The notes under the pieces were generated by a model. The model made no database searches, was not told the DNA's origin, and saw only the letters and a list, made by a program, of their open reading frames with translations. This document shows, piece by piece, positions 12,401-24,658 of a DNA stretch of 64,000 nucleotides; within the stretch, counting starts at the first letter, position 1; the number at the start of each line of letters is the position of its first letter. The translations under genes and the position numbers were made by a program. Origin of the DNA: Macrostomum lignano (Eukaryota); assembly GCA_002269645.1 (NCBI GenBank), contig NIVC01001255.1, forward strand, positions 62,001 to 126,000, read 5' to 3'.

Positions 12401-15400
12401 AGGTAAGTCGCAAAAAGGATTAGGTAAGTCACAAAGGGTTAGGTAAGTCGCAAAAGGATTAAGTAAGTCGCAAAAAGGATTAAGTAAGTCGCAAAAAGGA
12501 TTAGGTAAGTCGCAAAAGGGTTAGGTAAGTCGCAAAAGGATTAGGTAAGTCGCAAAAAGGATTAAGTAAGTCGCAAAAAGGATTAGGTAAGTCGCAAAAA
12601 GAAGCAACTAAGTCGCAATAAGAGGGAAGTAAGTCACAATCAGAGGCAATCAGGGGGTAGTAGGTGCAAGTGTGGCAAGAGAGCAAAAACAGAATAGAAG
12701 CCTTCAACCACAGGCAAGATCTTTGAAATCAGAAGCCCGCGTCAACAGTTTCCCATTGATTTCTTAAACTCTGGAGCAGGGGTTGGCAAACTCTGGCTCG
12801 CGAAGCCCCTCTATCTGGCCCTCGCTCCTCGGGTTCTTTGAAACTTCCTAACTACGAGTAGCAAGGTTGGTGTCTCTTCAACTCTCATCTCTCTCTTCTT
12901 CTCTACCTTGCCTCCCCTCTTCTCTCTCTCCCCCTTTTCCCTCTTCTCTCTCCTCTCATTTTTACTCTCCTCTCTTCTCCCCCTTTCTCTCTACCCTTTC
13001 TCCTCAATGCCCTCTTCTCTCCTCTTATCTTCAGCAAAAATATGTGCATATTTTCTTACTTCAAAGTAGAGGGAATAGAAGATTAGAGATAAGCAAACAG
13101 AGGAGAGGCGAGCGATGCGATGGGAGAAAAGATAGAAGAGGAGAGAAAAGCTGAGGGAGGAAAAAGAGATGAGAGAGAAGAGGAGATGAGAGAAAAGAGG
13201 AAAGAAAAGATGATAGATGAGATCAGAAGAGAGGAAAGAGGAAAGAGGAGAGAGTAGATGAGAGAAGAGAGGATAAAGAGGAGATGAGAGGAGAGTGAAG
13301 AGAGGAGAGATGAGAGAGTAGAAAAGAGAGGAGAGATAATGAGAGAGTAGAGTGGAGAGAGACGAGAGGGAAGATAAGATGAAAGAGTAGAGTGGAATGG
13401 AGAGAGACGAGAGGAGAGATAAGAATGTAGAGAGGAGACAGAAGAGATAGGAGAGGAGAGGAAAGAGAGAAGGGATAAGGGATGAGAGAGAAAAGAAAAA
13501 GAGGATGAGAAGATTGAGGAATGGAGAGAATTTGCAAAGGCCTCAAATCTTAGTTTAACATGCATTACTCCCATCTTTGCCTTTTTCCTAACTGTTAACA
13601 AGTTTTTGTTTGAGCATGACTTCAAATTTAGAATCTATGCAAAAATAGTTCCGGGAATTAGAATTCAGTGGTTTAAAAATCTGTGGGTTTTCACAGCTTG
13701 TATCTCTACTGGATTTGTATTCTGCATCTGATGAGCCATCTGAATCAGGGCTCTCATCTTCCATGCCAAATCGTTCTTGAGCTATAGGTCACACTGTATT
13801 CACTTCACTTACTTCTGGACATTCATGAATCATGACTTTTGTAGTATGCTCACTACACTGTACTGACAATTTACTAATTGCTTCATGCCGCCACTAGATG
13901 ACACACTGATTAGCTGTTATAAAAACGCGGAATCTGCACGCAGCACTAATTAGCTGGCGAGGCATTTAGCTTTAAAAAAAATAGTCATAGTTACTCCTGC
14001 CGTTTACCTAAAGTTTTTGCTTGGCTCTTTCATAGGTAAGTCGCATTTTTTATCGAAAACTAAGTCGCACGGCCAGCGTAATTTCAGAAGTTGCGCATGT
14101 ATGTTTCTATGAAGTTTGGGGATTTCTGTGAAGTTTGAGGATTTCTGTGTAGTTTGGGGATTTCTGTGAAGTTTGGGGATTTCTGTGTAGTTTGGGGATT
14201 TCTGTGTAGTCTGGGGATTTTGTGTAGTCTGGGGATTTCTGTGTAGTTTGGGGATTTCTGTGTAGTTTGGGGATTTCTGTGAAGTTTGGGGATTTCTGTG
14301 TAGTTTGGGGATTTCTGTGTAGTTTAGGGATTTCTGTGTAGTTTGGGGATTTCTGTGTAGTTTGGGGATTTCTGTGTAGTTTGGGGATTTCTGTGTAGTC
14401 TGGGGATTTTGTGTAGTTTGGGGATTTCTGCGTAGTTTGGGGATTTCTGTGTAGTTTGGGGATTTCTGTGTAGTTTAGGGATTTCTGTGTAGTTTGGGGA
14501 TTTCTGTGTAGTTTGGGGATTTCTGTGTAGTTTGGGGATTTCTGTGTAGTCTGGGGATTTTGTGTAGTTTGGGGATTTCTGTGTAGTTTGGGGATTTTGT
14601 GTAGTTTGGGGATTTCTGTGTAGTTTGGGGATTTCTGTGAAGTTTGGAGATTTCTGTGAAGTTTGAGGATTTCTGTGAAGTTTGGGGATTTCTGTGTAAT
14701 TTAGGGATTTCTGTGAAGTTTGGGGATTTCTGTGTAGTTTGGGGATTTCTGTGTAGTTTGGGGATTTCTGTGTAGTCTGGGGATTTTGTGTAGTTTGGGG
14801 ATTTCTGTGTAGTTTGGGGATTTTGTGTAGTTTGGGGATTTCTGTGTAGTTTGGGGATTTCTGTGAAGTTTGGAGATTTCTGTGAAGTTTGAGGATTTCT
14901 GTGAAGTTTGGGGATTTCTGTGTAGTTTGGGGATTTCTGTGTAGTTTGGGGATTTCTGTGTAGTTTGGGGATTTCTGTGTAGTTTGGGGATTTCTGTGAA
15001 GTTTGAGGATTTCTGTGTAGTTTGGGGATTTCTGTGAAGTTTGGGGATTTCTGTGTAGTTTGGGGATTTCTGTGTAGTCTGGGGATTTTGTGTAGTCTGG
15101 GGATTTCTGTGTAGTTTGGGGATTTCTGTGTAGTTTGGGGATTTCTGTGAAGTTTGGGGATTTCTGTGTAGTTTGGGGATTTCTGTGTAGTTTAGGGATT
15201 TCTGTGTAGTTTGGGGATTTCTGTGTAGTTTGGGGATTTCTGTGTAGTTTGGGGATTTCTGTGTAGTCTGGGGATTTTGTGTAGTTTGGGGATTTCTGCG
15301 TAGTTTGGGGATTTCTGTGTAGTTTGGGGATTTCTGTGTAGTTTAGGGATTTCTGTGTAGTTTGGGGATTTCTGTGTAGTTTGGGGATTTCTGTGTAGTT

Positions 15401-18400
15401 TGGGGATTTCTGTGTAGTCTGGGGATTTTGTGTAGTTTGGGGATTTCTGTGTAGTTTGGGGATTTTGTGTAGTTTGGGGATTTCTGTGTAGTTTGGGGAT
15501 TTCTGTGAAGTTTGGAGATTTCTGTGAAGTTTGAGGATTTCTGTGAAGTTTGGGGATTTCTGTGTAATTTAGGGATTTCTGTGAAGTTTGGGGATTTCTG
15601 TGTAGTTTGGGGATTTCTGTGTAGTTTGGGGATTTCTGTGTAGTCTGGGGATTTTGTGTAGTTTGGGGATTTCTGCGTAGTTTGGGGATTTCTGTGTAGT
15701 TTGGGGATTTCTGTGTAGTTTAGGGATTTCTGTGTAGTTTGGGGATTTCTGTGTAGTCTGGGGATTTTGTGTAGTTTGGGGATTTCTGTGTAGTTTGGGG
15801 ATTTCTGTGTAGTTTGGGGATTTCTGTGTAGTTTGGGGATTTCTGTGTAGTTTGGGGATTTTGTGTAGTTTGGGGATTTCTGTGAAGTTTGGAGATTTCT
15901 GTGAAGTTTGAGGATTTCTGTGAAGTTTGGGGATTTCTGTGTAATTTAGGGATTTCTGTGAAGTTTGGGGATTTCTGTGAAGTTTGGGGATTTATATGCA
16001 GTTTGGGGATTTCTGTGTAGTTTGGGGATTTCTGTGAAGTTTGGAGATTTCTGTGAAGTTTGAGGATTTCTGTGAAGTTTGGGGATTTCTGTGTAATTTA
16101 GGGATTTCTGTGAAGTTTGGGGATTTCTGTGAAGTTTGGGGATTTATATGCAGTTTGAGGATTTCTGTGTAGTTTGGGGATTTTGTGTAGTTTGGGGATT
16201 TCTGTGTAGTTTGGGGATTTCTGTGAAGTTTGGGGATTTCTGTGAAGTTTGAGGATTTCTGTGAAGTTTGGGGATTTCTGTGTAGTTTGGGGATTTCTGT
16301 GTAATTTAGGGATTTCTGTGAAGTTTGGGGATTTCTGTGAAGTTTGGGGATTTCTGTGTAGTTTGAGGATTTCTGTGTAGTTTGGGGATTTCTGTGTAGT
16401 TTGGGGATTTCTGTGTAGTTTGGGGATTTCTGTGAAGTTTGGGGATTTATATGCAGTTTGGGGATTTCTGTGTAGTTTGGGGATTTCTGTGTAATTTAGG
16501 GATTTCTGTGAAGTTTGGGGATTTCTGTGAAGTTTGGGGATTTATATGCAGTTTGAGGATTTCTGTGTAGTTTGGGGATTTTGTGTAGTTTGGGGATTTC
16601 TGTGAAGTTTGAGGATTTCTGTGTAGTTTGGGGATTTCTGTGAAGTTTGGGGATTTCTGTGTAGTTTGGGGATTTCTGTGTAGTCTGGGGATTTTGTGTA
16701 GTCTGGGGATTTCTGTGTAGTTTGGGGATTTCTGTGTAGTTTGGGGATTTCTGTGAAGTTTGGGGATTTCTGTGTAGTTTGGGGATTTCTGTGTAGTTTA
16801 GGGATTTCTGTGTAGTTTGGGGATTTCTGTGTAGTTTGGGGATTTCTGTGTAGTTTGGGGATTTCTGTGTAGTCTGGGGATTTTGTGTAGTTTGGGGATT
16901 TCTGCGTAGTTTGGGGATTTCTGTGTAGTTTGGGGATTTCTGTGTAGTTTAGGGATTTCTGTGTAGTTTGGGGATTTCTGTGTAGTTTGGGGATTTCTGT
17001 GTAGTTTGGGGATTTCTGTGTAGTCTGGGGATTTTGTGTAGTTTGGGGATTTCTGTGTAGTTTGGGGATTTCTGTGTAGTTTGGGGATTTCTGTGTAGTT
17101 TGGGGATTTCTGTGTAGTTTGGGGATTTCTGTGTAGTTTGGGGATTTCTGTGAAGTTTGGGGATTTCTGTGTAGTTTGGGGATTTCTGTGTAGTCTGGAG
17201 ATTTTGTGTAGTTTGGGAATTTCTGTGTAGTTTGGGTATTTCTGTGTAGTTTGGGGATTTCTGTGTAGTCTGGGGATTTTGTGTAGTTTGGAGATTTCTG
17301 TGTAGTTTGGGGATTTTGTGTAGTTTGGGGATTTTGTGTAGTTTGGGGATTTCTGTGTAGTTTGGGGATTTCTGTGAAGTTTGAGGATTTCTGTGAAGTT
17401 TGGGGATTTCTGTGTAATTTAGGGATTTCTGTGAAGTTTGGGGATTTCTGTGAAGTTTGGGGATTTCTGTGAAGTTTGGGGATTTATATGCAGTTTGGGG
17501 ATTTCTGTGTAGTTTGGGGATTTTGTGTAGTTTGGGGATTTCTGTGAAGTTTGAAGATTTCTGTGTAGTCTGGGGATTTCTATGAAGTTTGGGGATTTCT
17601 GTGAAGTTTGAGGATTTCTGTGTAGTTTGGGGATTTCTGTGAAGTTTGGGGATTTCTGTGTAGTTTAGGGATTTCTGTGTAGTTTGGGGATTTCTGTGTA
17701 GTTTGAGGATTTTTGTGTAGTTTGGGGATTTCTGTGAAGTTTGGGGATTTCTGTGAAGTTTGAGGATTTCTGTGTAGTTTGGGGATTTTGTGTAGTTTGG
17801 GGATTTCTGTGTAGTTTAGGGATTTCTGTGTAGTTTGGGGATTTCTGTGTAGTTTGAGGATTTCTGTGTTGTTTGGGGATTTCTGTGAAGTTTGGGGATT
17901 TCTGTGTAGTTTGGGGATTTCTGTGTAGTTTGGGGATTTCTGTGTAGTTTGGGGATTTCTATGTAGATTGGGGATTTCTGTGTAGTTTGGGGATTTCTGT
18001 GTAGTCTGGGGATTTTGTGTAGTTTGGGGATTTCTGTGTAATTTGGGGATTTCTGTGTAGTTTGGGGATTTCTGTGTAGTTTGGGGATTTATGTGAAGTT
18101 TGGAGATTTCTGTGAAGTTTGAGGATTTCTGTGAAGTTTGGGGATTTCTGTGTAATTTAGGGATTTCTGTGAAGTTTGGGGATTTCTGTGAAGTTTGGGG
18201 ATTTATATGCAGTTTGGGGATTTCTGTGTAGTTTGGGGATTTTGTGTAGTTTGGGGATTTCTGTGAAGTTTGGGGATTTCTGTGTAATTTAGGGATTTCT
18301 GTGAAGTTTGGGGATTTCTGTGAAGTTTGGGGATTTATATGCAGTTTGGGGATTTCTGTGTAGTTTGGGGATTTTGTGTAGTTTGGGGATTTCTGTGAAG

Positions 18401-21400
18401 TTTGGGGATTTCTGTGAAGTTTGAGGATTTCTGTGAAGTTTGGGGATTTCTGTGTAGTTTGGGGATTTCTGTGTAATTTAGGGATTTCTGTGAAGTTTGG
18501 GGATTTCTGTGAAGTTTGGGGATTTCTGTGTAGTTTGGGGATTTTGTGTAGTTTGGGGATTTCTGTGAAGTTTGAAGATTTCTGTGTAGTCTGGGGATTT
18601 CTATGAAGTTTGGGGATTTCTGTGAAGTTTGAGGATTTCTGTGTAGTTTGGGGATTTCTGTGAAGTATGGGGATTTCTGTGTAGTTTGGGGATTTCTGTG
18701 TAGTCTGGGGATTTTGTGTAGTCTGGGGAATTCTGTGTAGTTTGGGGATTTCTGTGAAGTTTGGGGATTTCTGTGTAGTTTGGGGATTTCTGTGTAGTTT
18801 GGGGATTTCTGTGAAGTTTGAGGATTTCTGTGTAGTTTGGGGATTTCTGTGTAGTTTGGGGATTTCTGTGAAGTTTGGGGATTTCTGTGAAGTTTGAGGA
18901 TTTCTGTGTAGTTTGGGAATTTCTGTGTAGTTTGGGGATTTCTGTGTAGTTTGGGGATTTCTGTGAAGTTTGGAGATTTCTGTGAAGTTTGAGGATTTCT
19001 GTGAAGTTTGGGGATTTCTGTGTAATTTTGGGATTTCTGTGAAGTTTGGGGATTTCTGTAAAGTTTGGGGATTTCTGTGAAGTTTGGGGATTTATATGCA
19101 GTTTGGGGATTTCTGTGTAGTTTGGGGATTTTGTGTAGTTTGGGGATTTCGGTGAAGTTTGAGGATTTCTGTGTAGTTTGGGGATTTCTGTGAAGTTTGG
19201 GGATTTCTGTGTAGTTTGGGGATTTCTGTGTAGTTTGGGGATTTCTGTGTAGTTTGGGGATTTCTGTGTAGTTTGGGGATTTCTGTGTAGTCTGGGGATT
19301 TTGTGTAGTTTGGGGATTTCTGTGTAGTTTGGGGATTTCTGTGTAGTTTGGGGATTTTGTGTAGTTTGGGGATTTTGTGTAGTTTGGGGATTTATGTGAA
19401 GTTTGGGGATTTCTGTGAAGTTTGAGGATTTCTGTGAAGTTTGGGGATTTCTGTGTAATTTAGGGATTTCTGTGAAGTTTGGGGATTTCTGTAAAGTTTG
19501 GGGATTTATATGCAGTTTGGGGATTTCTGTGTAGTTTGGGGATTTTGTGTAGTTTGGGGATTTATGTGAAGTTTGGGGATTTCTGTGAAGTTTGAGGATT
19601 TCTGTGAAGTTTGGGGATTTCTGTGTAATTTAGGGATTTCTGTGAAGTTTGGGGATTTCTGTGAAGTTTGGGGATTTATATGCAGTTTGGGGATTTCTGT
19701 GTAGTTTGGGGATTTTGTGTAGTTTGGGGATTTCTGTGAAGTTTGAAGATTTCTGTGTAGTCTGGGGATTTCTATGAAGTTTGGGGATTTCTGTGAAGTT
19801 TGAGGATTTCTGTGTAGTTTGGGGATTTCTGTGAAGTATGGGGATTTCTGTGTAGTTTGTGGATTTCTGTGTAGTCTGGGGATTTTGTGTAGTTTGGGGA
19901 ATTCTGTGTAGTTTGGGGATTTCTGTGAAGTTTGGGGATTTCTGTGTAGTTTGGGGATTTCTGTGTAGTTTGGGGATTTCTGTGAAGTTTGGGGATTTCT
20001 GTGTAGTTTGGGGATTTCTGTGTAGTTTGGGGATTTCTGTGAAGTTTGGGGATTTCTGTGAAGTTTGAGGATTTCTGTGTAGTTTGGGAATTTCTGTGTA
20101 GTTTGGGGATTTCTGTGTAGTTTAGGGATTTCTGTGTAGTTTGGGGATTTCTGTGTAGTTTGAGGATTTCTGTGTAGTTTGGGGATGTCTGTGTAGTTTG
20201 AGGATTTCTGTGTAGTTTGGGGATTTCTGTGAAGTTTGGGGATTTCTGTGTAGTTTGGGGATTTCTGTGTAGTTTGGGGATTTCTGTGTAGTCTGGGGAT
20301 TTTGTGTAGTTTGGGGATTTCTGTGTAGTTTGGGGATTTCTGTGTAGTTTGGGGATTTCTGTGTAGTTTGGGGATTTTGTGTAGTTTGGGGATTTTGTGT
20401 AGTTTGGGGATTTATGTGAAGTTTGGGGATTTCTGTGAAGTTTGAGGATTTCTGTGAAGTTTGGGGATTTCTGTGTAATTTAGGGATTTCTGTGAAGTTT
20501 GGGGATTTCTGTGAAGTTTGGGGATTTATATGCAGTTTGGGGATTTCTGTGTAGTTTGGGGATTTTGTGTAGTTTGGGGATTTCTGTGAAGTTTGGGGAT
20601 TTCTGTGAAGTTTGAGGATTTCTGTGAAGTTTGGGGATTTCTGTGTAATTTAGGGATTTCTGTGAAGTTTGGGGATTTCTGTGAAGTTTGGGGATTTATA
20701 TGCAGTTTGGGGATTTCTGTGTAGTTTGGGGATTTTGTGTAGTTTGGGGATTTCTGTGAAGTTTGAAGATTTCTGTGTAGTCTGGGGATTTCTATGAAGT
20801 TTGGGGATTTCTGTGAAGTTTGAGGATTTCTGTGTAGTTTGGGGATTTCTGTGAAGTATGGGGATTTCTGTGTAGTTTGGGGATTTCTGTGTAGTCTGGG
20901 GATTTTGTGTAGTTTGGGGAATTCTGTGTAGTTTGGGGATTTCTGTGAAGTTTGGGGATTTCTGTGTAGTTTGGGGATTTCTGTGTAGTTTGGGGATTTC
21001 TGTGAAGTTTGGGGATTTCTGTGTAGTTTGGGGATTTCTGTGTAGTTTGGGGATTTCTGTGAAGTTTGGGGATTTCTGTGAAGTTTGAGGATTTCTGTGT
21101 AGTTTGGGAATTTCTGTGTAGTTTGGGGATTTCTGTGTAATTTAGGGATTTCTGTGAAGTTTGGAGATTTCTGTGAAGTTTTGGGGATTTCTGTGAAGTT
21201 TAGGGATTTCTGTGTAGTTTGGGGATTTCTGTGTAGTTTGGGGATTTCTGTGTAGTTTGGGGATTTCTGTGTAGTTTAGGGATTTCTGTGTAGTTTGGGG
21301 ATTTCTGTGTAGTTTGAGGATTTCTGTGTAGTTTGGGGATTTTTTGTGTAGTTTGGGGATTTCTGTGTAGTTTGGGGATTTCTGTGTAGTCTGGGGATTT

Positions 21401-22011
21401 TGTGTAGTCTGGGGATTTCTGTGTAGTTTGGGGATTTCTGTGAAGTTTGGGGATTTCTGTGTAGTTTGGGAATTTCTGTGAAGTTTGGGGATTTCTGTGT
21501 AGTTTGGGGATTTCTGTGTAATTTAGGGATTTCTGTGAAGTTTGGAGATTTCTGTGAAGTTTTGGGGATTTTTGTGAAGTTTTAAGTTTTCTGTAAAGTT
21601 CTGCTAAAAGTTCTGTCTACTGTTACTCTTAGTAGCCACAGTACGAGTTTTAACGCAAAGTTTATTTATCATTTTGTTCAGGTGAGCCTCCGCCAGGCCA
21701 TGTCATCCAGCGATTCTCTCACCGCCACCGACTGCGACAGGTTCCTGCGCACCCTGGACGCCGACTTGGAGCAGATTAAACAGTCCACCTGCTTCCTGAA
21801 GGAGTCACTGCCCGAGGCTGCCAGCTATTTAAACACTCTGTCAGTTTTCCCTCCCCATTCGTCCGGCTACTTGGTGCCCAGCTGGCTTCGCCGGTTGAAA
21901 GGCAGCGGCGTGGACGGTGGCCTGTCGTGGCGCGGTGCCGTCTGCCTGGTGTGTGTCCTGTGCCTGCTGGTGCCGGCTCTGCTGTACCTGCTCATTGTTC
22001 GCGGCCGGTAG
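6434..22011 (+). CDS. LYSMD3: LysM-domain membrane protein, LYSMD3/LYSMD4-like
   Basis: Exons 6434-~6739, 10108-10395 and 21682-22011, with phase-0 junctions. LysM motif ENLHTVAMKYGCS..VWELKRANHLW..ALPSLVIP; conserved FLRTLDADLEQIK and GVDGGLSW before a C-terminal TM helix (GAVCLVCVLCLLVPALLYLLIV). LYSMD3 versus LYSMD4 orthology cannot be resolved. Confidence 0.88.
7177..7972. mobile_element. hAT-type MITE in LysM intron 1
   Basis: TIRs CAGTGTTAGGCACTA / TGGTGCCCAACACTG (13/15). 8-bp TSD CTGTAGTC/CTATAGTC (7/8). AT-rich interior with ATTAA subterminal repeats. Confidence 0.75.
9272..9717. mobile_element. MITE of the CACAGATACTAGAATA family (P or hAT superfamily), copy 1
   Basis: TIRs CAAAGATACTAGAATAACTAGAT / ATCTAGTTATTCTAGTATCTGTG. 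Perfect 8-bp TSD GTCTGAAC (9264-71, 9718-25). The interior matches 38298-38748. Confidence 0.9.
10500..11324. repeat. 19-bp satellite (AGTTTGGGGATTTCTGTGT), left block
   Basis: Period of 19 counted directly. Starts ~100 bp after the intron-2 donor. Confidence 0.95.
11538..12640. repeat. 20/21-bp tandem array (GGATTAGGTAAGTCGCAAAAA) inside the TIR element
   Basis: About 50 units, an expansion of the element's subterminal TAAGTCGCA motif. Confidence 0.95.
12777..13545 (+). mobile_element. Charlie/hAT-like MITE with CT-rich then GA-rich tracts, nested in the TIR element
   Basis: Left end CAGGGGTTGGCAAAC preceded by CTCTGGAG. The first ~80 bp match the copies at 23781, 25211 and 26599. Right end degenerate and approximate. 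Confidence 0.6.
14104..21590. repeat. 19-bp satellite, right block (~390 units) with higher-order structure
   Basis: Same unit as the left block. Ends ~90 bp before the intron-2 acceptor at 21680-21681. Confidence 0.95.
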
Positions 22012-22184
22012 CCCGTCTGCTGTCCCAGACAGCTTGTGATTTATCAACAGCGTTTTGTGCTCTCTTCCCTTTCCTCTGTCTGACTGCCTGCCTGCAATTT
22101 AAGCTGCTGAGGTTGCAGCATTTATTGAAATTGTGCTCTGATGTGTGGGATTGTGTGCTCTGTTGTAGTTTGGATGCCCAATGT

Positions 22185-23260
22185 CGGATGCTAATGTACA
22201 TTCTTCAATCGGATGCTAATGTACATTGTTCAATCGGATGCTAGTGTACATTGTTCAATCGGATGCTAGTGTACATTGTTCAATCGGATGGTAATGTACA
22301 TTGTTCAATCGGATGCTAGTGTACATTCTTCAATTGGATGGTAATGTACATTGTTCAATCGGATGCTAGTGTACATTGTTCAATCGGATGGTAATGTACA
22401 TTGTTCAATCGGATGCTAGTGTACATTGTTCAATCGGATGCTAATGTACATTGTTCAATCGGATGCTAATGTACATTGTTCAATCGGATGCTAATGTACA
22501 TTGTTCAATCGGATGGTAATGTACATTGTTCAATTGGATGGTAATGTACATTGTTCAATCGGATGGTAATGTACATTGTTCAATTGGATGCTAATGCACA
22601 TTGTTCAATCGGATGCTAATAATGTACATTGTTCAATTGGATGCTAATGTACATTGTTCAATCGGATGCTAATGTACGAGTACATTGTTCAGTCGGATGC
22701 TAATAATGTACATTGTTCAATCGGATGCTAGTGTACATTGTTCAATTGGATGCTAATGTACATTATTCAATCGGATGCTAATAATGTACATTATTTAATC
22801 GGATGCTAATAATGTACATTATTCAATCGGATGCTAATAATGTACATTGTTCAATCGGATGCTAGTGTACATTGTTCAATCGGATGCTAATAATGTACAT
22901 TGTTCAATCGGATGCTAATGTACATTGTTCAATCGGATGCTAATGTACATTGTTCAATCGGATGCTAATAATGTACATTGTTCAATCGGATGCTAATAAT
23001 GTACATTGTTCAATTGGATGCTAATGTACATTGTTCAATCGGATGCTAATGTACATTGTTCAATCGGATGCTAATAATGTACATTGTTCAGTCGGATGCT
23101 AATGTACATTGTTCAATCGGATGCTAATGTACATTGTTCAATCGGATGCTAATAATGTACATTGTTCAATCGGATGCTAATGTACATTGTTCAATCGTGT
23201 GTTAGTGTACATTGTGCAATTGGATGCTAATGTACATTGTGCAATTGGATACTAGTGTAC
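22185..23260. repeat. 25-bp (28-bp variant) minisatellite AATCGGATGCTAATGTACATTGTTC
   Basis: Period of 25 counted, with +AAT variants. Starts ~175 bp after the LysM stop codon. Confidence 0.95.
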
Positions 23261-23780
23261 ACTGTCTAATTGGGTAAGCCAGCGTTCGGCTGTGTTGTTT
23301 TTTTCTAATTCTCCAATACACAGTGTCGAAGGCAGTTTGTTAAGTAAATTCACAAGTAAATTTGTTTTACAGGTATGTCTGTTTTACTGTCTGAGTTATT
23401 CAAGCGTCACCAGCTCTCCGGCACATTGGCGCAGTTTAATTAGTCAAGTTCAATTCTCATTCCAATGCATTGTAACCTGTTATTTCTTCCTTTGTCTCGT
23501 TTCGTGTTAAAATTGAAAATTTTGACATCAGCAACTGGTACAGGATTTCTCATGCTTTCTAACGTTCTAAGTAGCTATTATTGTACATAGCTGGGTCTAC
23601 GGACAGCTGTAGCAGAAGGAAGGTACACTCGATTTTCTTAGAAATGGGCTGGAGGTCGGTAAGGAAAGTGCATTTGTCGTATCGCTTGTGCATTTAGTAT
23701 GATGATCTGGAGAACGCATAGCGCTGAATGGGGTTTTGCCATAGACGAAGTCAGTCGAGGAAAATTCGATTTCTTTAGAG

Positions 23781-24658
23781 CTGAGGTCGGCAAACTCCCA
23801 TAGCAAACATGCAGCCCGCGAAGCCCCTCTATCCGGCCCTCGGGTCCTTGGAAACTTCACAATAGCAATCCGGGCCGCTCAGGGTTTGCGTCTCCTCAGT
23901 TCTCATTTTTGTGGTTCTTTCCTCTCTCCCCTCTCCTCTCCTCTCTTCTCTCCTCTCCTCTCCCCTCTTCCCTCCTCTCTTCTCTCCTCTTTTCTCTCCT
24001 TTCCTCTCCTCTCCTCTCCTCTCTTCCCTCCTCTCTCTCCTCTCCTCTCCTCTGCTCTTCTCTCCTCTCCTCTCCCCCTCTTCTCTCCTCTCTTCTCTCC
24101 TCTCCTCTCCCCTCTTCTCTCCTCTCTTCTCTCCTCTCCTCTCCCCTCTTCTCTCCTCTCTTCTCTCCTCTCCTCTCCCCTCTTCTCTCCTCTCTCCTCT
24201 CCTCTCCTCTCCTCTTCTCTCCTCTCTTCTCTCCTCTCTCCTCTCCTCTCTTCCCTCCTCTCTCTCCTCTCCTCTCCTCTGCTCTTCTCTCCTCTCCTCT
24301 CCTCTCCTCTCCTCTCTTCTCTCCTCTCTTCTCTCCTCTCCTCTCTTCTCTCCTCTCCTCTCCCCTCTTCTCTCCTCTCTTCTCTCATCTCCTCTCCTCT
24401 CCTCTCCTCTTTCCTATCTTCTTTATCTTTCATCTTCTCTCCTCTCTCCTCTCATCTGTCCTCTTTCCTTTCATCTCCTCTCCTCTCTTCTCTTATCTTC
24501 TCTATCCCATCTCTAATCTCGCCTCTCACCTCCCCTCTTCTCTCATATATTTTATCCTCTTATTCTCTCTCCTCTATTCCCTCTTCCTCTCTCATCTGGC
24601 TCGCAGCAATGATCTAGATTTTTTATCGGGCCCCTGGGGTAGAGTTCGCCGACCCCTG
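23781..24658 (+). mobile_element. Charlie/hAT-like MITE carrying a ~700-bp polypyrimidine tract
   Basis: Ends CTGAGGTCGGCAAAC ... GTTCGCCGACCCCTG. Degenerate 8-bp TSD CTTTAGAG/CTTAAGAT. Confidence 0.75.

Larger units (their letters stand above)
11325..14103. mobile_element. 2.8-kb non-autonomous TIR DNA transposon (P or hAT superfamily) inserted in the satellite
   Basis: Perfect 15-bp TIRs CATACATGCGCAACT / AGTTGCGCATGTATG. Perfect 8-bp TSD TTTCTATG (11317-24, 14104-11). TAAGTCGCA motifs near both ends. Confidence 0.92.

Noticed and set aside
11590-12540. Telomere-like GGGTTAGG/GGATTAGG motifs
   Set aside because: They occur once per 20/21-bp unit, never as (TTAGGG)n, so this is not an interstitial telomere.
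13560-13900. Decayed minus-strand reading frame inside the TIR element (MKQLVKL...), possible transposase remnant
   Set aside because: It has in-frame stops and no recognisable THAP, BED or DDE motif, so it cannot be assigned without a search.
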